A stretch of DNA of 64,000 nucleotides from Acidobacteriota bacterium. GTDB taxonomy: Bacteria; Acidobacteriota; Polarisedimenticolia; J045. The notes under the pieces were generated by a model. It was not told the origin of the DNA, did not search any database, and worked only from the letters and a program-made list of their open reading frames with translations. Shown one piece after another: positions 41,939 through 51,731 of the stretch. Location of the stretch: contig RFHH01000021.1 of the NCBI GenBank assembly GCA_003696075.1, positions 7,881 to 71,880 of the forward strand, written 5' to 3'. Both the position numbers and the translations under genes were made by a program. Position 1 is the stretch's first letter; every line of letters begins with the position of its first letter.

Positions 41939-42072
41939 CGCGGTGCTCCCTGCGGCCCGTCGCGCCGCGCCCGCGGATTGTCGTCCGGCCAGCCTTGACG
42001 CGCACGCGACCGCGGGGGAGAGTTGGGCTCTCGCGCGCCACGGGCCCGCGCTGCGATCCGGAGGCAGACTCG

Positions 42073-42585
42073 ATGCGACCGCTCTGCAGAACGCCGCTCG
42101 CGCTCGCGCTCGCCGCCTGGCTCGCCGCCGCGCCCGGTGGGGCGGCGCTCGCCCAGTCCTCGACCGCGGGCCTCCGGGGAGTCCTCCTCGACCAGGAAGG
42201 ACTTCCCGCTGTCGGCTTCCAGGTGGGATTGCGGCGGGCCACAGGGGACCTCTTCCTCTCCCCGCCCACCGGAAAGGACGGATCGTTCGCGCTCGCCGGG
42301 CTTCCACCGGGACGCTACGAACTGACCGCGTTCGATCCCCGCGGCGAGGAGTTGGGCGTCACGCGGAAGCAGGTTCTTCTCGAGGCGGGGCGGTACGAGC
42401 GCGTCGAGCTTCGCCTCTCCGGTCCTCCGCATCCGCCCGGCCGCGCACCGGCACCCGAACCGGCGGCCGAGCGGCCGAAGGCCGGGCGCCTGGTCACGAT
42501 CGGAATCCCCGTCGCCGCGGCGGTGGTCGCCCTTCTCGTCGCGGGCGGCGGAGGCGAAGCGCCGGTGTCACCCTCGTCCCCGTGA
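42073..42585 (+). CDS. Secreted/membrane-anchored carboxypeptidase-regulatory-like (CarboxypepD_reg) beta-sandwich protein
   Basis: ATG at 42073 follows GGAGG. It has a signal peptide (LALALAAWLAAAPGGAALA), GSFALAGLPPGRYELTAF and a C-terminal TM helix. Confidence 0.7.
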   Translation: MRPLCRTPLALALAAWLAAAPGGAALAQSSTAGLRGVLLDQEGLPAVGFQVGLRRATGDLFLSPPTGKDGSFALAGLPPGRYELTAFDPRGEELGVTRKQVLLEAGRYERVELRLSGPPHPPGRAPAPEPAAERPKAGRLVTIGIPVAAAVVALLVAGGGGEAPVSPSSP

Positions 42586-43213
42586 GACGGACAGCCGCGC
42601 GGCGCGTTCCCGGCGCGGGCGAACCCGCGGACGCGGCCGCTGTCGATCACGGCCGGGCATCGACTCCCGCGCCCCCGACGCTCCGCCCTCGCGCGGCGGG
42701 GTGCTTCTCCTAGGGGGCGCAGCTTCCGCTCCTGCGCCCTCCGGTAGCCCGTCGCCGGGCCGGCGAATCGCCCACCGTCCGAACGGCTCCCCCGGAGATC
42801 CCGGCCGCTCCGCCACCTTCGATCTCTCCGCCGGCGCCCTCTGCCTCCGCCTCGGGACGCGCTCGGCCGATCGCCGCCACGCCGGCCGGTCCGGTCGACC
42901 CGACCGCGGCTCCCGCTCCGGCCGGAACCGCCTCCGGCTGGCGCTCATCGGCCCCGGCCGCCGCAGCGGCGCCCCGGCTTCGTTCAGCACCGGCCCCGCT
43001 CCCGGCCGCACCGGCGCGGCCGCTGCCGCGGATGGGGAAGCGGGGAGGGTTCCTCCAGCGCGGCATGCCGCAAAGATGACGGGAGCCGCGCTGCTGCGGA
43101 AGGGCCGATCGGCGGGTGCGGCCCGGAAGCGGGAGCCCGGGCCGGGCGCACCCACGCCCGCCCGGCGCGAACGCGCCCGCCGGGCAGGCATCCCGAGGCG
43201 GGCCCGGGAAAGC

Positions 43214-46200
43214 TCACCGGGCGCACGAATCGACCCGGTCGGGCGGGTAGCAGGCGGAGTCCGGGTGAGGGCGCTCGGTGCCGGAGGAGTCGGGGCCGAA
43301 GCTCCCCTCGAAACCCCCGTCGTTCGGAACGACGAGGAAGAAGTCGGCGGGGTTCGGGCCCGCGGGAAGCACCGCGCTCGTTCCGGAGACCGAGCAGAGG
43401 CCCGGTTCGGGTGCGGCCGAGCCGATTCCCGCGCGAAGGTCTCCCCGGTAGAGCCCGTAGGCGGTCCCGCCCCCGCAGTCCGCCTGCCACGAAAGCTCCA
43501 GGTCACCCGCCGGCGTCCTCGCCACGGTGACCCCCTCGGCCGATCCCGGAGACGGCACGGAGAACGGCTCGCACGAGGTGCGCAACACTCCCCGCAGCTC
43601 GACGTCGTCGACGTTCCAGCCCGACCACATCAGCCCGCCGTCCGTCACGAGATGGAAGCGGAACCGGAAAGACGGGTTCCCGTCGGCCCACTGGGAAACG
43701 TCGTAGGCGGGGAGCACCCAGGCGCCATCGTCGTTTCCATCGCTGGCGCTGAAGATGGGCACCCACGTCTGGCCGTCCGCGGAGACCTCGACGGAGGCGG
43801 TGTCGCCGGGCGCGACGGTGAGCCAGCGCTCGAAGCGAAGCTCGACGGAGGCCGCTCCCGAAGCGTCGATCGGCGGCGAAGTCGCCGTGGAATCGACGAG
43901 CGCCTCGTAGTTGCCGGGCCAGCGTCCCAGTCCGCTCAGATCGTTGCCGAGGACGTTCGCGCCTTCGAACGCGGCGTCCGGGTCAGGGCTCGGGGGATCG
44001 CCCCCCGGGGGAGCCGTGCCGCCCCCGAGACCCTGGGGCGGACCGATCTCCCACTCGCCGCCGCCTTGGAAGCTCCAGCCGGTGTCGGTCTCGAATCCGT
44101 CGCTGAAGAACGTCTGGGCGGGACCCGCTCCGCCGACGAGCAACCGGATCACGCCCTCTTCGTCAGGATAGACGTTGGCCGGATCGGATGACCGGATCGA
44201 CACGAGGTCGAAGACGATCTCCTCGCCGCAGGGGAAATCCTGCCCGATTCGGAAGCGGTAGGCCGGCTGCCCCGCCGCGGTGGCCCCGACCGCGATGTCC
44301 CCGTAAGCCGCGCTCCCGGTGAGGATCGAGACCGGCCCCGGGGTCGCCGCCCCGACGCGGAGGTCCGCCTCGGCTCCCACCGCGGGTTCGTTGCCGTCGT
44401 TTCTCATTTCTACGGTGAACTCCCAGGTCTCCCCGGGATCGAGCGCACCATTCCCGTTGCCGGTGACCTCCACGAGTCCGACGTAGTCCTGATACCGCAA
44501 ATCCGGGCCCGTTACGGTGATCGACTTGTCCACGGTTTGGGGACAGTCGGCGGAGTCCCGGACCTGGAGGCGAACGATTCCCTCGTAGGGGACGTGGTAC
44601 GTGTGCACCGGGTCGGCCTCGGTGGAATCGGTGCTGCGGTCGCCGTCGAAGTCCCACGCGTAGCTGTAAGGGGGCCCCGCTCCGCCGCTCACGGTGCTGT
44701 CGAACAGCACCGCTTCACCGACCCGCGCGGGATTCGGCGTGATCGTGAAGTCGGCCGTCGGCTTGACGCAGCTCGAGCCGGTGGCGCCGGTCACGACGAG
44801 CGAGAAAACCGAGTCCGCTTCCGGCGTGTCGAGGTACTCGTCCTGGTTGATCTCCGCCGCCGTCACCTCGGCCGTCCAGATCCCCGGCTCCGGATTGCGG
44901 ACGAACACGTTCTCGACGGTGTTGATCGTGTCGGGCGCTCCACCGTGAATCGACTGCGTGCCGACGTCGAGGCCGTGGTTCCCGTAGTACACGGTCCCCG
45001 ACGGCGAGGTCACCTTCAGACTGAGGTCGTTGATCCTGTGGAGCGTCGCGGCCGTGGTGCCTGGCGGATCGGGGTAGACGAGCGTCACCCGGAGCTCGGC
45101 CTCCCCCGCCGCGACGTCGAGGTCATAGCTGGCCGTTTCGTTGAAACCGAGCGGCCGTCCCCAGTCGACGATGAAGCTGCGGTCGGCGGTCTGCTTGGCG
45201 TACACGAGATCGGGGCGGCCCCAGCCTTGGTGCATCCGCGTCAGATCGTCGGAGGTCCCGCTGAACGGGTACTGCTGAGCCGTGTTGATCAGCAGCGCCT
45301 TGATCGTCGAGAAATGAGGCTGCCTTTCGAAGACGGTCGTTCCCGTGGGGTGCGTGTTCCAGACGTCTTCGGACCACATCTGCACCAAGATGCCGAGCGC
45401 ACCCGCAACCTCGGGGGTCGCGGCGGAGGTGCCGCCGAAGTTCGACGTGTAGCCGTTGCCGGTCGTCGTCGTGTAGATGTGATCGTACCAGTAGCAGACA
45501 TCGGGTTTGATCCGCCCGTCCTCCGCCGGACCGATGGAGGCCCCTCCTCCCCAGTTGTCGTCCGAAGTGTCGAGCGTGTCGTGGTGCTTGATCCCGCCCA
45601 CACTGATGATGTTCTTGGCCCAGGCTTGCGGACGGCTGTCCTGGTTGCCGGCATTCGACTGCGACTGCGTGATGGCGATGTCCAGCCTCCAGATGATGTC
45701 GTCCATCTCGTGCGACTTGCTGTTGTAGCTCCTGGTACGCGCGCTGCCCCAGGAGTTGGTCTGGAACGAGGCGTAGTACGGCGGTCCCTTCAGCTCCTGC
45801 GTCTCGGCAAAACGGTCGCCGAGGTTGCCGTAGTCGGCGAAGATCCCCTGCGCGCACGGGAGGTGACCGGTCGCCTTCGCCTTGCCGTCCCCGTCGCGGT
45901 CGCCGTTTCCGAACACGATTCCGTAGGTGCTGGTTCCGTGGCTCGCGGTGTCGTGCGGGCCGTGAAGCATGATCCCGTCGAAATCCTGGTGCGTGTCTTC
46001 GATGCCGGCGTCCATCACCTCGCCGTGCACGCCCTGGCCGCAGTAACCGAGGTTGTTCTCGATCCAGTTCGTCCCGGCGTCTTCGCGCACGAGATCCATG
46101 TCGGTCTCGGGCGCGCTCCAAGGATCGATCCACACGACGTCGTCGTGGCGCGCCATCGCGGCCAGCTGGGAGGGGGTCACCGTCAGCTCGACGATGTGGC

Positions 46201-46954
46201 CGTTCGGCCACGCCGCATCGATGCGGGCCCCGAGACGCCGGGCCGCCTCCACGATGCGCCGCTTGCCCGGCTCACCCCACTCCGCCGCCATGACGTTGAC
46301 CCGCAGCCGATCGTCCGGCGACGCGCCGGAGAGCCACTCCCGCACCTCCCGCGAGATCCGGTACCAGGGATGGTAGGGAGCGATTCTCGCCACGAAGGGC
46401 AGGCGCGCGACCGCACGGACCGCCGCCTCCCCAGCCCGAACCAGGTGGGCGTTGTGGGGGAAATAGGCCAGGATCCGGCCTCCGGCGGCCTCGACCGCCG
46501 ACCGCCATTCGGGGATGCTCACCGTCTCGAACTGAACCAGCCAGAGGCGCGACGCGGCGTCGGCGGCGAATCCGGGCGCCGGTGCCGGAAGCGGTTCGTC
46601 CGGGCGCGTGGCGCCGTCCCGCAGGCGCAACTCGGTCTCGAGGCGCCGGGACGCCGTCCACTCGAGGGGCTCGCCCCGCGCCACCGAGAACCACCGTTCC
46701 CCGTCCTCGGACCAGGTGGCGAACAGAGCCGACCCGTCGGGGGCCGCGCCCGTCCGTCCCGGGCGGACCGAGGCGCGCGTTTCGCGCAGGGTGGCGCTGC
46801 GCACCGTCCCGTTCTCCTGCCACGTGACCTCGATCCGCGTCGTGGGGCCGTCCTGGTGGATCGTCAGCGACGGGGCTTCCGCCGCCCGCGCCGCGGCGGG
46901 CGCGAGGACGAGGGCGAAAGCGGCGACGATCCGGTGGAGCCGTCCTGGAATCAT
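43214..46954 (-). CDS. Large secreted multidomain subtilisin-like (S8) serine peptidase with PKD and additional beta-sandwich domains
   Basis: ATG at 46952-46954 follows AGGAGG. It has a signal peptide. The catalytic triad contexts are VMDAGIEDTHQDF, SHGTSTYGIVFG and GGTSAATPEVAGALG. A PKD-like repeat is present (YSYAWDFDGD...HTY). Confidence 0.85.
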   Translation of the reverse strand: MIPGRLHRIVAAFALVLAPAAARAAEAPSLTIHQDGPTTRIEVTWQENGTVRSATLRETRASVRPGRTGAAPDGSALFATWSEDGERWFSVARGEPLEWTASRRLETELRLRDGATRPDEPLPAPAPGFAADAASRLWLVQFETVSIPEWRSAVEAAGGRILAYFPHNAHLVRAGEAAVRAVARLPFVARIAPYHPWYRISREVREWLSGASPDDRLRVNVMAAEWGEPGKRRIVEAARRLGARIDAAWPNGHIVELTVTPSQLAAMARHDDVVWIDPWSAPETDMDLVREDAGTNWIENNLGYCGQGVHGEVMDAGIEDTHQDFDGIMLHGPHDTASHGTSTYGIVFGNGDRDGDGKAKATGHLPCAQGIFADYGNLGDRFAETQELKGPPYYASFQTNSWGSARTRSYNSKSHEMDDIIWRLDIAITQSQSNAGNQDSRPQAWAKNIISVGGIKHHDTLDTSDDNWGGGASIGPAEDGRIKPDVCYWYDHIYTTTTGNGYTSNFGGTSAATPEVAGALGILVQMWSEDVWNTHPTGTTVFERQPHFSTIKALLINTAQQYPFSGTSDDLTRMHQGWGRPDLVYAKQTADRSFIVDWGRPLGFNETASYDLDVAAGEAELRVTLVYPDPPGTTAATLHRINDLSLKVTSPSGTVYYGNHGLDVGTQSIHGGAPDTINTVENVFVRNPEPGIWTAEVTAAEINQDEYLDTPEADSVFSLVVTGATGSSCVKPTADFTITPNPARVGEAVLFDSTVSGGAGPPYSYAWDFDGDRSTDSTEADPVHTYHVPYEGIVRLQVRDSADCPQTVDKSITVTGPDLRYQDYVGLVEVTGNGNGALDPGETWEFTVEMRNDGNEPAVGAEADLRVGAATPGPVSILTGSAAYGDIAVGATAAGQPAYRFRIGQDFPCGEEIVFDLVSIRSSDPANVYPDEEGVIRLLVGGAGPAQTFFSDGFETDTGWSFQGGGEWEIGPPQGLGGGTAPPGGDPPSPDPDAAFEGANVLGNDLSGLGRWPGNYEALVDSTATSPPIDASGAASVELRFERWLTVAPGDTASVEVSADGQTWVPIFSASDGNDDGAWVLPAYDVSQWADGNPSFRFRFHLVTDGGLMWSGWNVDDVELRGVLRTSCEPFSVPSPGSAEGVTVARTPAGDLELSWQADCGGGTAYGLYRGDLRAGIGSAAPEPGLCSVSGTSAVLPAGPNPADFFLVVPNDGGFEGSFGPDSSGTERPHPDSACYPPDRVDSCAR

Positions 46955-47084
46955 CGGGGACCTCCTGGCCGCTGCCGGGTGAGCGGGCCGGCCGTAATGT
47001 ACTCTCATCGGTCCGGGGAGGATCCGGCAGCGGCGGGCGGGACACCCGGCCGGGGCTCCGGTCCGTCACCGATGGGGGAAGGCG

Positions 47085-48383
47085 ATGACCGACAGCGAGC
47101 TGTATCGCGACCATCTGGCTCGTTTGGATCAGATCGTGACGGAGGCCCTGACCCGCTGGCCGGGAGACGCCGTGCTGTTCCACGCCGGGGAGGAGCGAAC
47201 CTATCCGGGCGACGACCAGCCGATCCCGTTCCGGCCGTCGGGGCACTTCGCCCGCTGGGTCCCGCTGCCGGGCCCGGGGCACTTCGTCCTCGCCCGTCCG
47301 GGACGCCGGCCGCTGGTGGCGCGGTTCGCTCCGCGCGACTTCTGGTTCGAGCACGCCGTCCCCGAGCCGTCCTACTGGCAGGAAGCCGTCGACCTCGTCG
47401 AGTTCGAGTCGGCGGACCGGGCCGCCACCCTCCTCGACGGAACCGGCCGCGTCGCCTACGTGGGCGGGTTCCCCGACGCCGCACGGCGTCTCGGTTTCGA
47501 GGAGGAGCGGATCAACCCGCCGGAACTCGTCGCCGTTCTCGACTGGCACCGCGCCGTCAAGACCGCTCACGAGGTGGCCCTGGCGGAGGAGGCCGCGCGG
47601 CGGGCCGCTGCCGGGCACGAGGCGGCCCGGCGGGCCTTTCTGGAGGGGAAGCCGGAGCGGGCGATCTACTGGGCTTTCCTCGAAGGCTCGGGCATGCTCG
47701 AGCGGGAACTCCCTTTCGAGCCGATCGTGGCGCTCGACGACCGCGCGGCGATCCTGCACTACCAGAACAAACGGCCCCGAGCGACCGGCCGCGTCCTGCT
47801 CCTCGACGCTGGCGCCGGTTGCGACGGCTTCGCCTCCGACATCACGCGAACCACCACGTCTCCGGACGCCGCCCCCGAATTCGTGGCCCTCGTCGGCGCC
47901 CTCGACCGACTGCAGCGCCGCCTCGTCGCCATGGTCTCGCCGGGACGCCCGTATCCGGAGATCCACGCGGCGGCGGTGGAAGGGGTGGCCGCGATCCTCG
48001 TCGAAGCGGGGGTGCTGCGCCGGCCCGACCCGTCGGTGGCCCGCAGGTTCTTCCCGCACGGCGTCGGACATCACCTCGGCTTTCAGGTCCACGACGTGGG
48101 CGGGCATCAGGCGGGCCCCGCAGGCGGCACGGTGGCGCCGCCCGACGAGGATCCGTTTCTCCGCAACACCCGCCGGCTCGAGGAAGGCCACCTCGTGACG
48201 ATCGAGCCGGGAATCTACTTCATCCGCGACCTTCTCGAGCCATTGCGCTCGGGTCCGGAGGCGGATCTGGTCGATTGGACTCTCGTCGACCGGCTCGCCG
48301 GCCACGGGGGAATCCGGATCGAGGACGACGTCCTGTGCACGGCGGAGGGACCGCGCGACCTGACCCGCCCGCTTCTCGACTGA
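47085..48383 (+). CDS. Xaa-Pro dipeptidase (M24B family, PepQ-like)
   Basis: Motifs seen: LLDAGAGCDGFASDITRT, HGVGHHLGFQVHD, TIEPGIY, IRIEDDV. Confidence 0.88.
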   Translation: MTDSELYRDHLARLDQIVTEALTRWPGDAVLFHAGEERTYPGDDQPIPFRPSGHFARWVPLPGPGHFVLARPGRRPLVARFAPRDFWFEHAVPEPSYWQEAVDLVEFESADRAATLLDGTGRVAYVGGFPDAARRLGFEEERINPPELVAVLDWHRAVKTAHEVALAEEAARRAAAGHEAARRAFLEGKPERAIYWAFLEGSGMLERELPFEPIVALDDRAAILHYQNKRPRATGRVLLLDAGAGCDGFASDITRTTTSPDAAPEFVALVGALDRLQRRLVAMVSPGRPYPEIHAAAVEGVAAILVEAGVLRRPDPSVARRFFPHGVGHHLGFQVHDVGGHQAGPAGGTVAPPDEDPFLRNTRRLEEGHLVTIEPGIYFIRDLLEPLRSGPEADLVDWTLVDRLAGHGGIRIEDDVLCTAEGPRDLTRPLLD

Positions 48384-48404
48384 TCCGCGCCGCCCGCGGA
48401 GGGC

Positions 48405-49160
48405 TCAGGAGCCGCGTTTCGGCGCGATGTTGAGCTGGCGCTTGAAGCCCTTCCCGGTGGAGAAGGTCCTGATGCCCTCTTCGCGGGCCAGGGCGAGGTG
48501 CACCACGCGGCGCTCGTACGGGCCCAGTGGGGGCATCCGCCGGCGCTGCCCTGTCCGCCGCACCTCCTCCGCAAAGCGCTTCGCCTGCTCGATCAGCTCC
48601 GCTTCGTGCTTCGCCCGGTACCCGGCGGCGTCGATCGAAATGGCGGCGTCCCGGCGGCCGTCCCGCAGCAGGATGCGGTTCACCACGTACTGGAGCGCGT
48701 CGAGGCCGGCGGCCTCGTCCTCGGTCAGCAGGCTCGCGTCCGCGCCGACCAGGTTGACCCGCATCCCGACCTCGTTCTCGGTCACGCCGTCGATCTCGAG
48801 ATCCAGGTCGAAACCGGTGACGAGGGCGCGGACCACGTGCTCCACCACCGCCCGAGGATCGGTGACCTCGGGACCGGGAACCAGCGGGGGCAGGTCCTCG
48901 GCCGCCGCTCCGCGCTTCCGTCCGCGGTCGCGCCGCGGCCGCTCCTCGCGCGCGCCGGTGTCGGGAGCCGGGCGCGCTCCCGGCTGGGGCCACGCCTCGA
49001 TCTCCACCATCGCCGAACCCGGCTCGTCGAGAGGGCCCACGACCGGCCTGTGCAGCACCTCGTAGCCGATGTCGCGCCGCGCGAGTCCGAACTTCTTCCG
49101 CGCCGCCGCGAGCGCTTCTGCGAGATCCCTGCCCGTGAACCGTTCGCGTTCCTCGCTCAC
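48405..49160 (-). CDS. jag: Jag/KhpB RNA-binding protein (Jag_N, KH and R3H domains)
   Basis: The position immediately downstream of yidC, plus a C-terminal R3H region (MPPLGPYERRVVHLAL). Confidence 0.85.
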   Translation of the reverse strand: MSEERERFTGRDLAEALAAARKKFGLARRDIGYEVLHRPVVGPLDEPGSAMVEIEAWPQPGARPAPDTGAREERPRRDRGRKRGAAAEDLPPLVPGPEVTDPRAVVEHVVRALVTGFDLDLEIDGVTENEVGMRVNLVGADASLLTEDEAAGLDALQYVVNRILLRDGRRDAAISIDAAGYRAKHEAELIEQAKRFAEEVRRTGQRRRMPPLGPYERRVVHLALAREEGIRTFSTGKGFKRQLNIAPKRGS

Positions 49161-49187
49161 CTGCCGTTCCCCCTGCGGCCGCCTGCT

Positions 49188-50942
49188 TCAGGCCGCCCGC
49201 GCCTCCGCCTGCCTGTTGATGACGAGCTGCTGCAGGATCGAGAGCACGTTGTTCGTCAGCCAGTAGAGAACCAGTCCGCTGGGAAGCCAGACGAAAAAGT
49301 ACGTGAACATGACCGGCATGAACAGCATCATCCGCTGCTGGGCCCGCTGTTGCGGGTCTTCCACGCGGGCGGTGCTCAGGAGCTGCTGCAAGAACATCGT
49401 CGCGCCCATCACGATCGGGGTGACGAAGTAGGGATCGGGCGCCGACAGATCGCGGATCCAACCGAACAGCGGCGCGCCGCGAAGATCGATGACCACCGTC
49501 AGCACCGAGTACATGCCGTACAGAACGGGAAGCTGGAGCAGCAGCGGAAGGCAGCCGGCGACGGGAGCCATCGGGTTGACGCCCTCCTTCTTGTAGAGGG
49601 CCATCATCTCCTCCTGCATCCGCCGCCGCGATTCCATGTCGCGCTTGTCTTTGTACTTTTCCTTGATCCAGCGGATCTTCGGCTGGAGCTTGGCCATCTT
49701 GGCCTGCGTCTGGCGCATCTTCACCAGCGACCGCTGGGTCAGGGGATAGAAAGCGAGTTTGATGAGGGCGGTGAGGAGCACGATCGCCGCGCCCCAGTTC
49801 CCCACCCATCCGTGGAGGAAGGCGAGCACCCGGTACAGCGGTTCCGCGATGAAGCGGAAACGTCCCCAGTAGAGCAGGGAGGGCAGAGGGGCTCCGAGGC
49901 GCGCCCCCGCCTCGGCCAGCGCTCTCGTCGACTTCGGGCCCGCGAAAACCATCACGTCCGAAGCGCCCACCCCGATCACGGGCTGGTACGAGGTCCCTCC
50001 CGCGATCTCCGCCGGGACCACGCGCGCCACTGCGGACGACGGCCGGGCGGGGACCAGCGCGGCCGCGAAGTACTGGTTGTCGATCGCCAGCCACCGCGGG
50101 GCCCCCCGGGCCGGCCAGACGAGACCGCGGGTGAGCTCCGCGAGGCGATCGGCACCGGCGGACTCCGCCTTCCGCGCGAGGTGGTCCCGCACCGTCCGCC
50201 CGCCGTTCGGGTAGACGACGTCTCCTCGATAGCCGTACCGGCTCGCGCGTCCGGAGTCGAGCCGGTGCGCCACTCCCGGCCCCCAGGTGAGCATCGCCTC
50301 CGGATCCGGCACCCCGTTCCGGGTCACCGACCAGATCACGCGCGCGAGAAAGGGGGAGTCGGGGGGGAAATAGATCGTCTTTTCCACCGCGAGCCCCGCC
50401 CCGTCGGCCCAGCGGAAGCGCACGCGCTCGGTCCCTTCCGGCAGGTCGAGGCGCTCGAGTTCCTCCGGCGCCGCGCGGGCGCGCTCCGTGAGGTACCACG
50501 CCGCGTTCACGCGCCGCGTCTCCTCCTCGTCCGGGAGTTCGATCGTGAGCGGCAGGCGGTCGAGGAGCCGCTCTTCCGGCGAAACGATGTCGATCGGCGG
50601 GGAGTCCGGGTCCCCCGCGTCGCGCCGGTGCTCCAACAGCCGCCAGGAGGCGATCCGTCCCCCGCGCGCGGTCAGTTCCACCACGTCCCCGGCCCGTTCG
50701 ATCCGCTGCTGGGGTTGGTCAGGAGGGCCCTCCACCGCTTCCGTCGCGGCCGCCGGGGGCGGCGCGGGGGCGGGGACCTCGGGGACCGGTACCTCCTCCT
50801 TCGCCTCCGGGGCGGCCGTGGCGGGCGCTTCGGTGGGTTCCGGCCGGGGCCGCTTGTCGAGCACCAGGCTCTTCCACGCGGTCATCAGGAGGAAGGCCAA
50901 AGCCACCGCGAGGATCGTCCGCAGCATCATGTCCCGGTCCAT
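49188..50942 (-). CDS. yidC: Membrane protein insertase YidC
   Basis: ATG at 50940-50942 follows GGGAGA. It has an N-terminal TM helix, a large periplasmic domain and a conserved C-terminal core (GCLPLLLQLPVLYGMY, WIRDLSAPDPYF). Confidence 0.94.
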   Translation of the reverse strand: MDRDMMLRTILAVALAFLLMTAWKSLVLDKRPRPEPTEAPATAAPEAKEEVPVPEVPAPAPPPAAATEAVEGPPDQPQQRIERAGDVVELTARGGRIASWRLLEHRRDAGDPDSPPIDIVSPEERLLDRLPLTIELPDEEETRRVNAAWYLTERARAAPEELERLDLPEGTERVRFRWADGAGLAVEKTIYFPPDSPFLARVIWSVTRNGVPDPEAMLTWGPGVAHRLDSGRASRYGYRGDVVYPNGGRTVRDHLARKAESAGADRLAELTRGLVWPARGAPRWLAIDNQYFAAALVPARPSSAVARVVPAEIAGGTSYQPVIGVGASDVMVFAGPKSTRALAEAGARLGAPLPSLLYWGRFRFIAEPLYRVLAFLHGWVGNWGAAIVLLTALIKLAFYPLTQRSLVKMRQTQAKMAKLQPKIRWIKEKYKDKRDMESRRRMQEEMMALYKKEGVNPMAPVAGCLPLLLQLPVLYGMYSVLTVVIDLRGAPLFGWIRDLSAPDPYFVTPIVMGATMFLQQLLSTARVEDPQQRAQQRMMLFMPVMFTYFFVWLPSGLVLYWLTNNVLSILQQLVINRQAEARAA

Positions 50943-50961
50943 CGCGTTTCTCCCGGCGCCC

Positions 50962-51270
50962 TCAGGCGCGACGCGACGGCGGGACGGGCCGGCGCGGAGG
51001 AAGGTCGAGCCCGGTGCGACTGAACGGGTGGCAACGCGCCACTCGCCGCACCGCGAGAAGCGTCCCGCGAATCGCCCCCCACTCCTCGATCGCCATCTCG
51101 GCATAGACGGAGCACGAGGGCAGGTACCGGCAGTTGCGGCCCAACCAAGGCGAAACCAGCAGGCGGTAGCCGCGGATCAAGGCGAGGAGCAGGACCGACG
51201 GCGCGCGGGTCAGGCCTGCCGCCCTTCCCGCGCTAGCTTCCTCTCCGCGCGCTTCACGAGACGCTGCCAC
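50962..51270 (-). CDS. yidD: Membrane protein insertion efficiency factor YidD
   Basis: Core sequence LIRGYRLLVSPWLGRNCRYLPSCSVYAEMAI...RCHPF. The start is uncertain: GTG 51270, CTG 51213 (overlapping the rnpA stop as CTGA), or the track start 51336. Confidence 0.75.
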   Translation of the reverse strand: MAASREARGEEASAGRAAGLTRAPSVLLLALIRGYRLLVSPWLGRNCRYLPSCSVYAEMAIEEWGAIRGTLLAVRRVARCHPFSRTGLDLPPRRPVPPSRRA

Positions 51271-51731
51271 TCCGTTTCGATCTCCCGATATCCCGCTTCG
51301 CGGGCTTCGGCCCGGACGTTCACGACCAGGTCCCATGATGGCATCCGGTGCCGGTGGCGCCGGAACACCTCGCGGACGAGCCGCCTCAGGCGATTCCGCA
51401 CCACCGCGCTTCCCAGCCGGCGCGTCGTGGTGATCCCGAGCCGGGCTCCGCCCTCCCGACGGGGAACGACGAACAAGACGAGCAGCGGGCCCGGTACCCG
51501 GACTCCCCGCTCGTAGACGGCGAGGAACTCCCGCCGCTTGCGCAGGCGCGCCGCCGGCGGGAACGTCTCCCGCGGTCTCCGCCCGCCCGTCAGATCGCCA
51601 GGCGCTTGCGGCCCTTCCTGCGGCGGCGCTTCAGCGTGCGCCGGCCGCCGACGGTCTTCATCCGCGCCCGGAAGCCGTGCGTTTTTCTGCGCTTGCGCTT
51701 GTTCGGCTGGAACGTTCTTTTCATCGCGCAA
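51210..51731 (-). CDS. rnpA: Ribonuclease P protein component RnpA; the 5-prime end is unresolved
   Basis: Core sequence [20 protein letters not shown]...[17 protein letters not shown]. No ATG, GTG or TTG exists in frame between the rpmH stop and the core. Candidate starts are CTG 51593, TTG 51731 and GTG 51782; the last two make rnpA engulf rpmH. Confidence 0.7.
   Translation of the reverse strand: MRDEKNVPAEQAQAQKNARLPGADEDRRRPAHAEAPPQEGPQAPGDLTGGRRPRETFPPAARLRKRREFLAVYERGVRVPGPLLVLFVVPRREGGARLGITTTRRLGSAVVRNRLRRLVREVFRRHRHRMPSWDLVVNVRAEAREAGYREIETEWQRLVKRAERKLAREGRQA
51590..51724 (-). CDS. rpmH: 50S ribosomal protein L34
   Basis: This is a hand translation; the ORF is below the track size cut-off. 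Sequence: [49 protein letters not shown] lies 9 nt upstream of the ATG. Confidence 0.93.
   Translation of the reverse strand: MKRTFQPNKRKRRKTHGFRARMKTVGGRRTLKRRRRKGRKRLAI

Noticed and set aside
42710-43066. 118-aa Ala/Gly-rich ORF in the long convergent gap
   Set aside because: Third-position GC and Gly codon usage (many GGA and GGT) are intermediate between coding and background. It has no SD, no motif and low complexity. It is reported as a question in the findings rather than as a feature.
47176-47183. Isolated parS half site TGTTCCAC inside the pepQ-like gene
   Set aside because: Only one arm is present, and the other half (GCCGGGGA) does not match. An 8-mer like this is expected by chance.
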